A stretch of DNA of 64,000 nt from Verrucomicrobiota bacterium. Its GTDB lineage: Bacteria > Verrucomicrobiota > Verrucomicrobiia > Verrucomicrobiales > V1-33. Below the pieces are notes generated by a model. That model saw nothing but the letters and a program-made list of their open reading frames with translations, was not told the DNA's origin and made no database searches. Shown here in pieces: positions 49,175 to 58,325 of the stretch. The stretch's first letter is position 1, and the number at the start of each line of letters is the position of its first letter. The translations under genes and the position numbers were made by a program. Location: the NCBI GenBank assembly GCA_039795165.1, contig JBDKER010000003.1, positions 105,220-169,219 of the forward strand, in the 5' to 3' direction.

Positions 49175-50173
49175 ATGCAAAGGCAATTCATGGAGGATCA
49201 GCTGTCCCGGTTCCGGGGGCTGCGGGTCATGGTGATCGGCGACATCATGCTGGATCGGTTCATCTGGGGGAATGTGACGCGGATTTCCCCCGAGGCTCCC
49301 GTTCCTGTGGTACATGTGGTTCGGGAGGATGCCTATCCGGGAGGGGCGGCCAACGTGGCGCGCAACCTGGCCCCATTTGCTGGGCGGGTTGATGTGCTGG
49401 GGGTGACGGGAGCGGGGCTTCTGACTGACCAGTTGCTGGGGCTCCTGGAGGCTGGCGGCATTGCCACGGATGGGATTCTGGTCAGTCATGAACACGAGAC
49501 CATTGTGAAGACGCGCATCATTGCGCGCAGTCAGCAGATGGCGCGGATTGACCGGGAAACCATCCGTCCGCCTTCACCGGAGACACTTGCGCGGGCCCTT
49601 GCCTGGTTCCGGGCGCAGTTGCCGGAGACGGATGCGGTGATCCTTGAGGATTATGCGAAGGGATTTCTGACGCAGGAACTGGTCGATGTGGTGCTGCGGG
49701 AAGCGGCGGCGGCGGGAGTGCTGGTTTCAGTGGATCCGAATCCGGGCAATCCGCTGAGATGGCATGGGGCCACGGTGATCAAGCCGAACCGCCGGGAAGC
49801 CTTTGCGGCGGCTGGGCTGATGGATCCTGGTGATGTGAGTGAAGCGGAGCTGATGAAAGCGCTGGTATCGCTGGGCGAGGCCCTGTTTGCGAAATGGGAG
49901 ACGCGCATGCTGCTGATCACGCTGGGGGAGCATGGCATGGCCTTGCTGGAACCGGGCAAGCCGGTCTATCACACGCCGACGCGGGCGCGGGAGGTTTTTG
50001 ATGTGTCGGGCGCGGGGGACACAGCGATTGCTCTCTTTACGTTGGCGCTTGCGGCGGGAGCCAGCGCGCCGGATGCGGCGGAACTGTCGAACATGGCGAG
50101 CGGCATTGTCGTGGGGAAGGTCGGAACGGCCACGCTCAGTCCGGACGAACTGCTGGCGGCGTGCGAAAAGTAG
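49175..50173 (+). CDS. rfaE: D-glycero-beta-D-manno-heptose-7-phosphate kinase (RfaE domain I, PfkB family)
   Basis: 332 aa. N-terminal VIGDIMLDRFIWGNVTRISPEAPVPVV and the PfkB C-terminal motif DVSGAGDT. Confidence 0.85.
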   Translation: MQRQFMEDQLSRFRGLRVMVIGDIMLDRFIWGNVTRISPEAPVPVVHVVREDAYPGGAANVARNLAPFAGRVDVLGVTGAGLLTDQLLGLLEAGGIATDGILVSHEHETIVKTRIIARSQQMARIDRETIRPPSPETLARALAWFRAQLPETDAVILEDYAKGFLTQELVDVVLREAAAAGVLVSVDPNPGNPLRWHGATVIKPNRREAFAAAGLMDPGDVSEAELMKALVSLGEALFAKWETRMLLITLGEHGMALLEPGKPVYHTPTRAREVFDVSGAGDTAIALFTLALAAGASAPDAAELSNMASGIVVGKVGTATLSPDELLAACEK

Positions 50174-50231
50174 GATAACCGGGTGACCGCTCTGCCTTTA
50201 CAGGAACCGTGGATGGGCGCATAACGGAGGA

Positions 50232-51479
50232 ATGCTTTTCCGCCTTCCGATGATTCCGGCACTGCTGGTGTTGCCTTGCGTGGCTGCGGCGGAGCTGCGG
50301 ATTCCCGGTGGCACGGCCTACAGTCATCCGGATCCCGAGGCCATTGAGATGTCGGAACGGGAACAGGTGGTGCGCAGCTGGAGTGATTCTGGCCAGCAGG
50401 CAGTCTGGTTCGGGCAGTTTTCGTCTGGTGGAGAGCTGAAGATTCAACTCGCCGTGAAGCTGAAGGCGGGAGCTACGTCGGAGCTGCGGTTGGAAGTGGC
50501 GGGTCAGTCGAGGGAACGGAAGTTCACGGGAACCGGAGACGTACAGCGGCTGGATTTCGGGACCTTTGCGGTACCCGGTCCGGGGTACGGGCGGATTGCG
50601 CTGGCGCCGGCGGGTCCGCAGGGTTCGGAGACCGGGGACATTGTCGAGCTGGTGCTGGACGGGGCAGCCGCCGGGGGAGCGCATTTCAACCGGAAGCCGC
50701 GTCGCAATGCGGCGTCGGTGCATCTTGCCTATCAGGTACCGAAGGATCTGGAAGTGGCTGGATTCTACAATGAGGTCACGGCCGTGGACGATCCGGTGAC
50801 GACCTTCTACATGGCCTGCGGATTTGCGCGTGGCTACTTTGGCATGCAGGTGAATTCGGCGACGGAGCGCCGCATTATCTTCTCGGTCTGGGATGCGGCG
50901 GAAGGGGCTGGGGCGGATTCCCGGAAGGACGTTCGTCCGGAGAATCACGTGCAGCTGCTTGCGAAGGGGGAAGGTGTCGAGGCCAGTGCGTTTGGCGGCG
51001 AGGGTACCGGCGGGCACAGTCATCTCGTCTACCCATGGAAGACTGGAGAAGCGCAGAAGTTCTGGCTGACCTGCCGTCCCGAGGGTGGGCATACGGATTA
51101 CACCGGTTGGTGGTACCATCCCGGGCAGCAGCGATGGTTCCGGCTGGCGACCTTCCGCGCACCGAAGGACGGCAAGTGGCTGCGCGGGCTGCATTCGTTC
51201 AGCGAGAATTTCTGGGGAACGACTGGGCATCTGCGGCGCAAGGCCCTGTTTGGCCCGCAGTGGATTCGTTCAGCATCGGGAGCCTGGTCGGAGCTGACGT
51301 CGGCTACCTTCAGTCATGATGCCACTGGGCGGGAGGACCGGCGCGACCGGTTCATGGGAGTGGAGCGCGGGAGATTCTTTCTGAGTCACGGTGGTTTCGC
51401 GGATGGGTTCACCCGGTTCGGGGAACCATTTGAGCGGGCTGCCAGCGGGCAGTCGCCTCCGGCGGGGCTGCCGCAGTAG
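50232..51479 (+). CDS. secreted DUF5077/DUF3472 domain protein
   Basis: Signal peptide. The core GYFGMQVNSATERRIIFSVWD..FGGEGTGGHSHLVYPWKTGE matches the DUF3472 pattern from memory. Confidence 0.75.
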   Translation: MLFRLPMIPALLVLPCVAAAELRIPGGTAYSHPDPEAIEMSEREQVVRSWSDSGQQAVWFGQFSSGGELKIQLAVKLKAGATSELRLEVAGQSRERKFTGTGDVQRLDFGTFAVPGPGYGRIALAPAGPQGSETGDIVELVLDGAAAGGAHFNRKPRRNAASVHLAYQVPKDLEVAGFYNEVTAVDDPVTTFYMACGFARGYFGMQVNSATERRIIFSVWDAAEGAGADSRKDVRPENHVQLLAKGEGVEASAFGGEGTGGHSHLVYPWKTGEAQKFWLTCRPEGGHTDYTGWWYHPGQQRWFRLATFRAPKDGKWLRGLHSFSENFWGTTGHLRRKALFGPQWIRSASGAWSELTSATFSHDATGREDRRDRFMGVERGRFFLSHGGFADGFTRFGEPFERAASGQSPPAGLPQ

Positions 51480-51506
51480 GAAAGGGAGAGCCACCAGATT
51501 TTTGCC

Positions 51507-52697
51507 ATGTACGGAGACTACCAGAAGCATGTTGCCGCCACGCTCGAGACCATCCGGGGGGATGGGCTCTTCAAGACCGAGCGTCTCATCCAAAGTCCGC
51601 AGGGAGGAAGGGCGAAGCTGGCCGATGGCCGCGAGGTCGTCATCATGTGTGCCAACAACTACCTTGGGCTGGGCAATCATCCCGAAGTGATTGCGGCGGC
51701 GCATGAGGCCCTTGACCGCTGGGGCTACGGGATGGGCAGTGTGCGCTTCATCTGCGGGACCCAGACGCTGCACCAGGAGCTGGAGCAGGCGATTTCCGCC
51801 TATGTGGGGACGGAGGATACGATTCTCTATTCGTCTTGCTTCGATGCCAATGGAGGGCTTTTCGAGACGCTCCTTACGGAGGAAGACGCGGTGATTTCCG
51901 ATGCGCTCAATCATGCCAGCATCATTGATGGGATCCGGCTGTGCAAGGCACGGAGATTCCGCTATCAGAACCGTGACATGGAGGATCTCGAGGCGAAGCT
52001 GCGCGAGGCCCGGGAGGGAGGTGCGCGGTATGTGATGATTGCCACGGATGGGGTATTCAGCATGGATGGCACGTATGCGCCGATGGGGGAGATCTGCGAT
52101 CTGGCCGACCGCTATGGTGCGCTGGTGATGATGGATGACTCGCATGCGGTGGGATTTGTGGGGCCGACGGGACGGGGCACGCATGAGAAGTTCGGGGTCA
52201 TGGACCGTGTGGACATCATCACGGGCACGCTTGGCAAGGCGCTGGGGGGAGCCAGTGGTGGCTATACGAGCGGGCGGCGCGAGATCATCAGTCTGCTGCG
52301 GCAGCGGTCGAGGCCCTATCTGTTCTCTAATACGCTCGCTCCGGTGATTGCGGCGGTTTCCGTGAAGGTGCTGGAGATGCTGAGCCGGGACAGTTCCTTC
52401 CGGGACACGCTCTGGGAGAACACGCGGTGGTATGTGGAGGCGATGCGGGCGGCGGGCTTCGAGATTTCCGCCGGGGAACATCCGATTGTTCCCATCATGC
52501 TGGGTGACGCGCGGCTGGCGCAGGAAATGGCGTCGCTGCTGCTGGAATCGGGTGTTTATGCAGTTGGTTTCTTCTTCCCGGTGGTGCCGCAGGGGAAGGC
52601 GCGGATCCGCACGCAGGTGAGCAGTGCGCTGACGCGGGCGGATCTGGAACAGGCGGTTTCGGCGTTCGTGAAGGCACGGGCGGCTGCCACAAAGTAA
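51507..52697 (+). CDS. kbl: glycine C-acetyltransferase (2-amino-3-ketobutyrate CoA ligase)
   Basis: 396 aa, near-collinear with E. coli Kbl as I recall it ([48 protein letters not shown]-Lys in [21 protein letters not shown]). Confidence 0.93.
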   Translation: MYGDYQKHVAATLETIRGDGLFKTERLIQSPQGGRAKLADGREVVIMCANNYLGLGNHPEVIAAAHEALDRWGYGMGSVRFICGTQTLHQELEQAISAYVGTEDTILYSSCFDANGGLFETLLTEEDAVISDALNHASIIDGIRLCKARRFRYQNRDMEDLEAKLREAREGGARYVMIATDGVFSMDGTYAPMGEICDLADRYGALVMMDDSHAVGFVGPTGRGTHEKFGVMDRVDIITGTLGKALGGASGGYTSGRREIISLLRQRSRPYLFSNTLAPVIAAVSVKVLEMLSRDSSFRDTLWENTRWYVEAMRAAGFEISAGEHPIVPIMLGDARLAQEMASLLLESGVYAVGFFFPVVPQGKARIRTQVSSALTRADLEQAVSAFVKARAAATK

Positions 52698-52712
52698 CCT
52701 GTTGATGCTGTC

Positions 52713-53048
52713 ATGATCCGCGTGCTGGCCATTCTTCCGTTGCTTCTGCTGACGGCAGCCGGTGTGGAGCCGCAGTCTTCCGAGGATGCGGAGGCCCTCG
52801 CGCTGGGGCGGCAGATTCTGGCGGTGCAGCGGGCACTGGGGGATCCGGACAAGCCGGAAAGCCTGAAGGCGGTGACGGCGCTGGGAACGGACTCGCGTCA
52901 CTATGTGATGGTGCGTGGCTGGCTCGTGCAGTTGCTCGCGGGGGATGAATCGATTGCCGAGGCAGCGGGCGGCAAGCCAGCCGAGGCCGTGGCGGCCCGC
53001 ATCCGGTTTCTGCGCAAGGCTATCCGCGCCATTGATCTCGAGAAGTAA
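52713..53048 (+). CDS. small secreted hypothetical protein
   Basis: 111 aa with signal peptide MIRVLAILPLLLLTAAG and a helical A/L/E-rich body. No family recognised. Confidence 0.45.
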   Translation: MIRVLAILPLLLLTAAGVEPQSSEDAEALALGRQILAVQRALGDPDKPESLKAVTALGTDSRHYVMVRGWLVQLLAGDESIAEAAGGKPAEAVAARIRFLRKAIRAIDLEK

Positions 53049-53074
53049 AGCAAGCGGACCTCTCTGGCGCGGCA

Positions 53075-54118
53075 TCAGAAGCGCCAGACGAGCCCGGCGC
53101 GGAGGGTGAAGTCTGGTGATTCTCTGGTCAGTCCGAAGCCGGCTCCGGCGCGGATGAGGGTCCGGTGCCCTGGAGACCAGTAGGCACCGGCCATGAGTTC
53201 GTGCATCCCATCCGGGGAGAAGTCGCCGATTCCTTCCATGCCTACGGCGAAGGAGTGGCTGAAGGAATGGCGGTAGCCGGCGGCGTAGCCCCATGCGGGT
53301 TTGCCGGTTTCCGGGAAGATGGCGATGAGATTGCAGAGAACTTTGTCAGCGGTGGAGAGGTCGGCTTCCATGATGAGTCTGGCGAAGGCGTGATTCACTC
53401 CGTGCTGGTGGATGCCGCGGTGGGCGTGCAGAATGTCGTCGGAGGTCAGGCTGCCGGCTGAATGGAGGTGAGCATCTGCGGAGTCGGTGTGGTCGTGAGC
53501 GCTGGAGGAGTCGTGGTCGTGGGAACTGGAAGTGCCGTGATCGTGCGAGGAGTGGTCGTGCGGTGGCGTGGCGGAAGGGTCATCGCATGGCGGGGCATCG
53601 GGGCCGTAGTCGGGACCGCAGGCTACGGGTGGGGCCGGTGCCGGTGGGGTTGGCGCAGGCGCGGCGGCGGTACTGCGCAGAGGTTTGGATTTCGTGGCGG
53701 AGGGTGTGGTTTTGGCAGCCGGGGCATGGTGGTGGCCATGGTGGTCGTGGCTGCGGGTCACGGCGTAGTTCCATCCCGCGATGGCGGCGATGCGGAGAGG
53801 GAAGCGGGCATCCGGTGGAGTCAGTTGACACTGCACGTAGGGAGCGACGGCACTGAAATTCCAGCCCGTGCCTTCGTCTCCCCCTTTGAGATTGACTCCG
53901 AGACCGGTGCGGGGAGCGACTCCGGAGAATACGCCCGTTTCCATTTCCATGGTGTCCGACGGCTGCTGCGAGGCCCATTCGAATCCGCCCGTGATGACGC
54001 CTGAGAAGGGCACCGGGATGCTGTAGTCCTGGAGGAGGAGGAAGTCTCGGCCGTGGTGGGCATGGCCGGTGGAAGCGCAGAGCGCGGAAAGGACGACGGG
54101 GTACCGCAGGAATTTCAT
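53075..54118 (-). CDS. putative outer-membrane beta-barrel protein with a long histidine-rich insertion
   Basis: I take the ATG at 54118; the track start at 54130 is TTG. Signal peptide present. C-terminal LRAGLVWRF ends in an aromatic residue. The central ~120 aa are low-complexity, with HDHHGHHH and four HDH units. Confidence 0.6.
   Translation of the reverse strand: MKFLRYPVVLSALCASTGHAHHGRDFLLLQDYSIPVPFSGVITGGFEWASQQPSDTMEMETGVFSGVAPRTGLGVNLKGGDEGTGWNFSAVAPYVQCQLTPPDARFPLRIAAIAGWNYAVTRSHDHHGHHHAPAAKTTPSATKSKPLRSTAAAPAPTPPAPAPPVACGPDYGPDAPPCDDPSATPPHDHSSHDHGTSSSHDHDSSSAHDHTDSADAHLHSAGSLTSDDILHAHRGIHQHGVNHAFARLIMEADLSTADKVLCNLIAIFPETGKPAWGYAAGYRHSFSHSFAVGMEGIGDFSPDGMHELMAGAYWSPGHRTLIRAGAGFGLTRESPDFTLRAGLVWRF
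53489..53560 (-). repeat. imperfect short coding repeat (GTGGTCGTG / GTGATCGTG on the plus strand) encoding HDH units
   Basis: The 9-mer occurs at 53489, 53513, 53537 (one substitution) and 53552, giving spacings of 24, 24 and 15 nt inside the His-rich loop. Confidence 0.5.
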
Positions 54119-54197
54119 AAGGGGGAGCAAGGGGGGCGGCGGGAGCGAGGGCCGCTGCCGGAACCGCGGGGTGGTTCCGGCAGCGGGCGGGGCATTT

Positions 54198-54902
54198 TCA
54201 GGAACGGCGCCGGCGGAATGCGGCGAGTGAGGCCAGCGATGCGAGGGCGGCCGCGGATGGTTCCGGGATCGTGTTCATGGTGGCGCGGTATCCCTGGCGC
54301 TGGGTGTCCGTGGCGGGAGCATTGCTGCCGAGCACGATACTGTAGTTTCCGGCAGGCAGATTCCATGATCGTTCCACTGCGGTCAGCGTGGAGTTGTCGA
54401 GATGATCGAGGTAGTTGAGGTCTTCGGCCCAGCTGATGTCGCCGCGGTTGTTGTAGGTATGGTTGTCGGCCCCATCGCCGTCCCAGCCTGCCCAGATCGA
54501 GAAGCTGGGGAACATGGATGCGGTGCCGGCGACGGCGTTGGGGTTTCCCGAGGTGGGGGCGGGAACGCCTTCCTGGCGTTCGAGACGGAGTGTGAAGATG
54601 GCTGGGGCGGTCAGGGAGAGAGCGACCCAGTCCGAGGTATGGGTCCATCCGACGGGGGGCTCTCCGGCGCCCTGATTGAAAAGGCTGTTGTCTTCCCAGC
54701 TCCATGCTCCCACGTGGCGCTGGAAGGTGGCGGAGTCATTATCGGCCATGGTGACGGTCCAGCGGTAGCCGATGCCGCCATCGGTTGGTGGTCCGGCGGT
54801 GTTGGGAACGGGGTCGCCGAGGGTGACGGTGGAGGCGGTTGCTGCCAGCAGAGGCGCGAGCACCAGTGCGGTGACGAGGCTGTGTTTCATGGATGTCTTC
54901 AT
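54198..54902 (-). CDS. PEP-CTERM sorting-domain secreted protein (Trp-rich, domain of unknown function)
   Basis: The internal ATG at 54902 gives the signal peptide MKTSMKHSLVTALVLAPLLAA. The C-terminal IPEPSAAALASLASLAAFRRRRS is a PEP motif plus TM plus Arg cluster. Confidence 0.8.
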   Translation of the reverse strand: MKTSMKHSLVTALVLAPLLAATASTVTLGDPVPNTAGPPTDGGIGYRWTVTMADNDSATFQRHVGAWSWEDNSLFNQGAGEPPVGWTHTSDWVALSLTAPAIFTLRLERQEGVPAPTSGNPNAVAGTASMFPSFSIWAGWDGDGADNHTYNNRGDISWAEDLNYLDHLDNSTLTAVERSWNLPAGNYSIVLGSNAPATDTQRQGYRATMNTIPEPSAAALASLASLAAFRRRRS

Positions 54903-54957
54903 TTTGGTTTCGTGGTTTTTGTTGAGAGCTGTGGGTTCTGGATAAATCGTGGGGATG

Positions 54958-57567
54958 TCACCATGTGCGGCGGAGGCGCAGGAAGCCCGCCGGACCCTGA
55001 GGGGGAATGGCATCGATGGAGGAACTGCTGACGCGGATCGGTCCGGGCATGGGCAGCCATGGACCGGCGGGAGAGAGGGCGTGTTCAGGAGACCAGTCCG
55101 GTGCGGCGGCGGTCCAGTTCAGAACGATGCCGGTGCCCTGGTGCCATGAGAGTTGAGGCGAAGGTGATGGCTCACTGCGGTCGGGCACACCATCGCCATC
55201 GCGGTCGCCGCCAGGCCTTCCTCCCTGGCTTGGGAGGGTTCCCATGAAGGTGAGGGCATCTTCGTTTCCGAGCTGGGCGAGCAGTTCCTGCCGGCTCAGC
55301 GGAGGTTCTGCGGCATGGTCCGGGCGGTAGCGCTGCAGGGCACGGTCGTACAGGAAGCGGCGGTGCTTTCCGGCAAGGGATCCGTGCACGGCGAGGTCGC
55401 TGGTGGCATTGATGCGCGCCTGCGATTCGAGCAGGGTGAGTTCGGTGGCGGCTGCGGCGGCGGTGCTCGCCGTCACGGTGATCTGGCGGCAGGCTGCGGG
55501 TGCGGTGCCCGTATCGAAGCAGAGAACGAAGGCGGTTACGTCTGCGAAGTCGGCTGGGGTGACCAGTTCATCGAGGACGTAGGGATGGACGGTGGGCAGC
55601 GCGAAGCCTGTGCCGTCGTGTCCGAGGCCGAAGCCGCTGCGGGAACTGGCTCCGGGACGCGGGTCGAAGAAGGTGCGCTGGTAAGTGGTGCGCAGGGAAG
55701 GATTTTTGAGTGGCTGTGCTGATCCGACCTCCTGGGGTAGATCGATGTTTCCGTCCGAGCCTGTGGGCAGGGCGTGACAGATGGCGCAGTGGTTGTTGTG
55801 GAGGTTGTAGAGATCGCGTCCGCGCACCGGATTGCCTCCTGCGGTGGAAGAGGGGAGAGTGCGGTCGGGCTGGCGGTTGGGGTTGGGGTGATGGCGGATC
55901 GTGAGGAGGTAGGCAGCGAGATCTTCCATGTCGGCGGCGGGGAGTACCGATCCTCCGAGGAGAGCGTCGAAGGTGGGATTGAAGCTCTGGAGCGTGGGGC
56001 GGTCGCCGCGCCAGTGGAAGGGGGCGCCGTTCTGGAGGCCGCGGAGTGTCTGAGTCACCATGGGGCCTTTCATGGGGTGCATGGTGCGGGGACGCGGGGT
56101 GGTGTCGTGGGCGGAGAGGTTCGCTCCCGCGACCGTGAGCATGGCACCGGCGGGGTCGCCGAGATCCCATGCGAGTCCATCGGTGTCGGCATCGAGGTGG
56201 CAGGTTCCACAGCTCACGGTTCCGTTGGAAGAGAGCCGGGCATCGAAGAGGAAGCCGCGTGCTTCGGCGACCGGGCGCGGGAGAGCAGGGTGGGAACTGA
56301 CAGGGCGTTCGTAGATCACCTTGCCGTCCGTGGTGTTGATGACCGTGAGCGAATCGGATAGTTTCCCGAGTACGTAGAGCCGCGGGGAGGTGGGGTGCAG
56401 GGCGAGTCCGCGTGGGCCGCGCATCTGGCGGCTTCCGGCCGGAGGTGGCCGGAGGTCGGTGATGTGCGTCACGCGGCCGTTGGCTGTGCTGATGCGGGCG
56501 ATGCGGTCCGAGGCGAAGGCGGCGACCCACAGGTGCGATCCGCTGGCTTCGAAGGCGAGCGCGTGGGGTTGGGCGAGGGCCTTGCCGATAGCGTCAGGGA
56601 AAGGCTCGCCGTCGCTGCCGATTTCCGGATTGAGGTCATGGATGGCTGCGATGGTGTGCTGCGGGGAAACGACCGAAAGCCGGTGACGGGCGAAGCGGCC
56701 GCGGAGGGCGGGTTCGGTGGGGATGAGGTTGAGCGATTCCGAATTAGCGATCCAGAGCTGGCCGGTTTGCGGGTTGGGTGCGATGGCGAAGAGGTGGGTG
56801 CCGAGGCCGGAAACCGTGGCGGTGACGGCAGGCGAGGCACCTGTACTGATGGCGATGAGATCATGGTCTCCGACCTTCCATGCAACGCGTGGGTCGGTGG
56901 CTGGGACGATGAGAGCCGTGCGGGGTGGTATCGGCAGTGAGGGGTCGGACGGGTTAGGCTGTGGTGGTGCTGCTGAAGGCGGGATGACGGTTGTTCCGTT
57001 GCCGGAGAGCAGACACACTGTGTAGATGAACTGCCCTGAGGGATCGGCAGCGAGTGCGCGGGGGTAGAGTCCCGGAACCGGGATGGTGTGCAGAAGACTG
57101 CGGGAGACCGGGTCGAAGACGCGGATGAGGTTGCTGCGGGCACAGCTGACCCATGCGCGGCCTGCGGCGAAGATGACGTCGGCGGGTTCATCCGCGCAGG
57201 GGATGGTGGCCGTGGTGATGCCCTTGCTCAGCGAGATGACGGAAATGCTGTCGCTCGCTTCATTGACGACCCATGCTTCGTCATTGGTGCGGGTGCGGAC
57301 GCTGACAGGTTCCTGTCCCGTCTGGATCTCCGTGCGCAGGGCAGGGAAGTCGGCGGCGGCTCCGTGGATATCGAAAACGCAGAGGCGGCCTTCCGTGCTG
57401 GAGAGCAGAAGGAGGGTGGAGCCGTCCGGAGTGATCTCGGCAGGGTGAACCAGCCGTGCCTCAAAGTGTGCCTGGGCCGTCTGGGCATGCGCAGCGGGAT
57501 GCAGAAGCAGCGAACACAGGAGGATGGGAAGCGCGATGATCTGGCGCGATGGGATGATCGGAATCAT
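54958..57567 (-). CDS. beta-propeller (YVTN/lactonase-like repeats) fused to a di-haem cytochrome c peroxidase/MauG-like domain
   Basis: I take the ATG at 57567; the track start is TTG. Signal peptide present. Repeated ..LYV/LWV..S.S..VI.. blade motifs. Two CxxCH motifs (SCGTCHLD, HCAICHAL) with a FHWRGDRPTL box between them. Confidence 0.8.
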   Translation of the reverse strand: MIPIIPSRQIIALPILLCSLLLHPAAHAQTAQAHFEARLVHPAEITPDGSTLLLLSSTEGRLCVFDIHGAAADFPALRTEIQTGQEPVSVRTRTNDEAWVVNEASDSISVISLSKGITTATIPCADEPADVIFAAGRAWVSCARSNLIRVFDPVSRSLLHTIPVPGLYPRALAADPSGQFIYTVCLLSGNGTTVIPPSAAPPQPNPSDPSLPIPPRTALIVPATDPRVAWKVGDHDLIAISTGASPAVTATVSGLGTHLFAIAPNPQTGQLWIANSESLNLIPTEPALRGRFARHRLSVVSPQHTIAAIHDLNPEIGSDGEPFPDAIGKALAQPHALAFEASGSHLWVAAFASDRIARISTANGRVTHITDLRPPPAGSRQMRGPRGLALHPTSPRLYVLGKLSDSLTVINTTDGKVIYERPVSSHPALPRPVAEARGFLFDARLSSNGTVSCGTCHLDADTDGLAWDLGDPAGAMLTVAGANLSAHDTTPRPRTMHPMKGPMVTQTLRGLQNGAPFHWRGDRPTLQSFNPTFDALLGGSVLPAADMEDLAAYLLTIRHHPNPNRQPDRTLPSSTAGGNPVRGRDLYNLHNNHCAICHALPTGSDGNIDLPQEVGSAQPLKNPSLRTTYQRTFFDPRPGASSRSGFGLGHDGTGFALPTVHPYVLDELVTPADFADVTAFVLCFDTGTAPAACRQITVTASTAAAAATELTLLESQARINATSDLAVHGSLAGKHRRFLYDRALQRYRPDHAAEPPLSRQELLAQLGNEDALTFMGTLPSQGGRPGGDRDGDGVPDRSEPSPSPQLSWHQGTGIVLNWTAAAPDWSPEHALSPAGPWLPMPGPIRVSSSSIDAIPPQGPAGFLRLRRTW

Positions 57568-57914
57568 GTGCGTGGGAGGCAGAGCGGACGGCAAGGAATT
57601 TTCCCCGGGGCGCTCGCGTGAGACCGGGGAAGAGTGATGGTGGAGGCTCCGCTGGGCGATGGCGCGGGCGGTAAACCCACAACGGAAAACGCCTGCAGTC
57701 CGCCGGTATCCAGTCGGCGGCCATGCGCACAGCGGAGCACTCCAAATTGGCTCGGACGGGGAGTGGAGGAGAGATGCCGTGAAATCGGCGGCCGTGCGTT
57801 GCCCTGTGGGCTCACGAGGCTGCCTGCGGGCATCCGCGTCCCTGTCCGTGGTTCCGGCCGGGCGTTCCGGCGCTCAGCGGGAAGGCGGAAAACCGGAATT
57901 GGCAGGAGGGGTGC

Positions 57915-58325
57915 TCAGGCTACCGTCCGCGGGGGCGGTACGGGGGGGCTTGCTGCCATCCGGGAAGCGGGCACGATTGGCTCGGTAAAGCCCGCTTCGG
58001 CGGGGTGGGCGGCAGCGCATGCCGGGGTTGCGGGATTCTCGGTCAGCCAGAGGATTTCCTTGGTCAGCCGTTCGATGGAGACCGGCAGAGTGGAGAGGGG
58101 AGATCCGCTGTTCTCGTCCGGATTTTCAGCGGATGCGATTGCGTGGCACAGTGGGCAGGGATGTTCGCCGTCGAATGTTCTGCGCAGGCCTTCCGAGACA
58201 CCGGATTCCGCGGAATACGAGATGGCCATGCCCGTCCACGCCATGACTTGGAGGAATCCAAGACCGCCTCCGCAGAGATGCACGCACCCCATCAGAATGA
58301 GCAGAGACTGGAAGAAGCGGCGCAT
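57915..58325 (-). CDS. small membrane protein with a CPLC motif (unknown family)
   Basis: This is the C-terminal 136 codons of track ORF 57915..59129; the remainder is antisense to the PqaA-like gene. Sequence MRRFFQSLLILMGCVHLCGGGLGFLQVMAWTGMAISY then TFDGEHPCPLCH. The start is uncertain, with an alternative at 58346. Confidence 0.5.
   Translation of the reverse strand: MRRFFQSLLILMGCVHLCGGGLGFLQVMAWTGMAISYSAESGVSEGLRRTFDGEHPCPLCHAIASAENPDENSGSPLSTLPVSIERLTKEILWLTENPATPACAAAHPAEAGFTEPIVPASRMAASPPVPPPRTVA

Noticed and set aside
51507-52697. kbl has no adjacent tdh (threonine dehydrogenase).
   Set aside because: The gene looks intact and highly conserved. tdh may be encoded elsewhere, so its absence from the window is not informative on its own.
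51270-53294. A 674-aa minus-strand ORF covering kbl and its flanks. Similar cases are 4783..6699, 3280..4587, 7423..8781, 10034..11386, 32751..34118, 37429..38988, 60698..61978 and 62022..63539.
   Set aside because: Each overlaps a strongly recognisable gene on the other strand or in another frame and has R/P/H/Q-biased, domain-free translations. I treat them all as GC artefacts.
53489-53560. A short spaced repeat that could superficially suggest a CRISPR-like or tandem-repeat locus.
   Set aside because: The units are 9 nt, lie in-frame inside a CDS and encode HDH tripeptides. There are no spacers of CRISPR size and no cas genes. It is reported only as a coding repeat.
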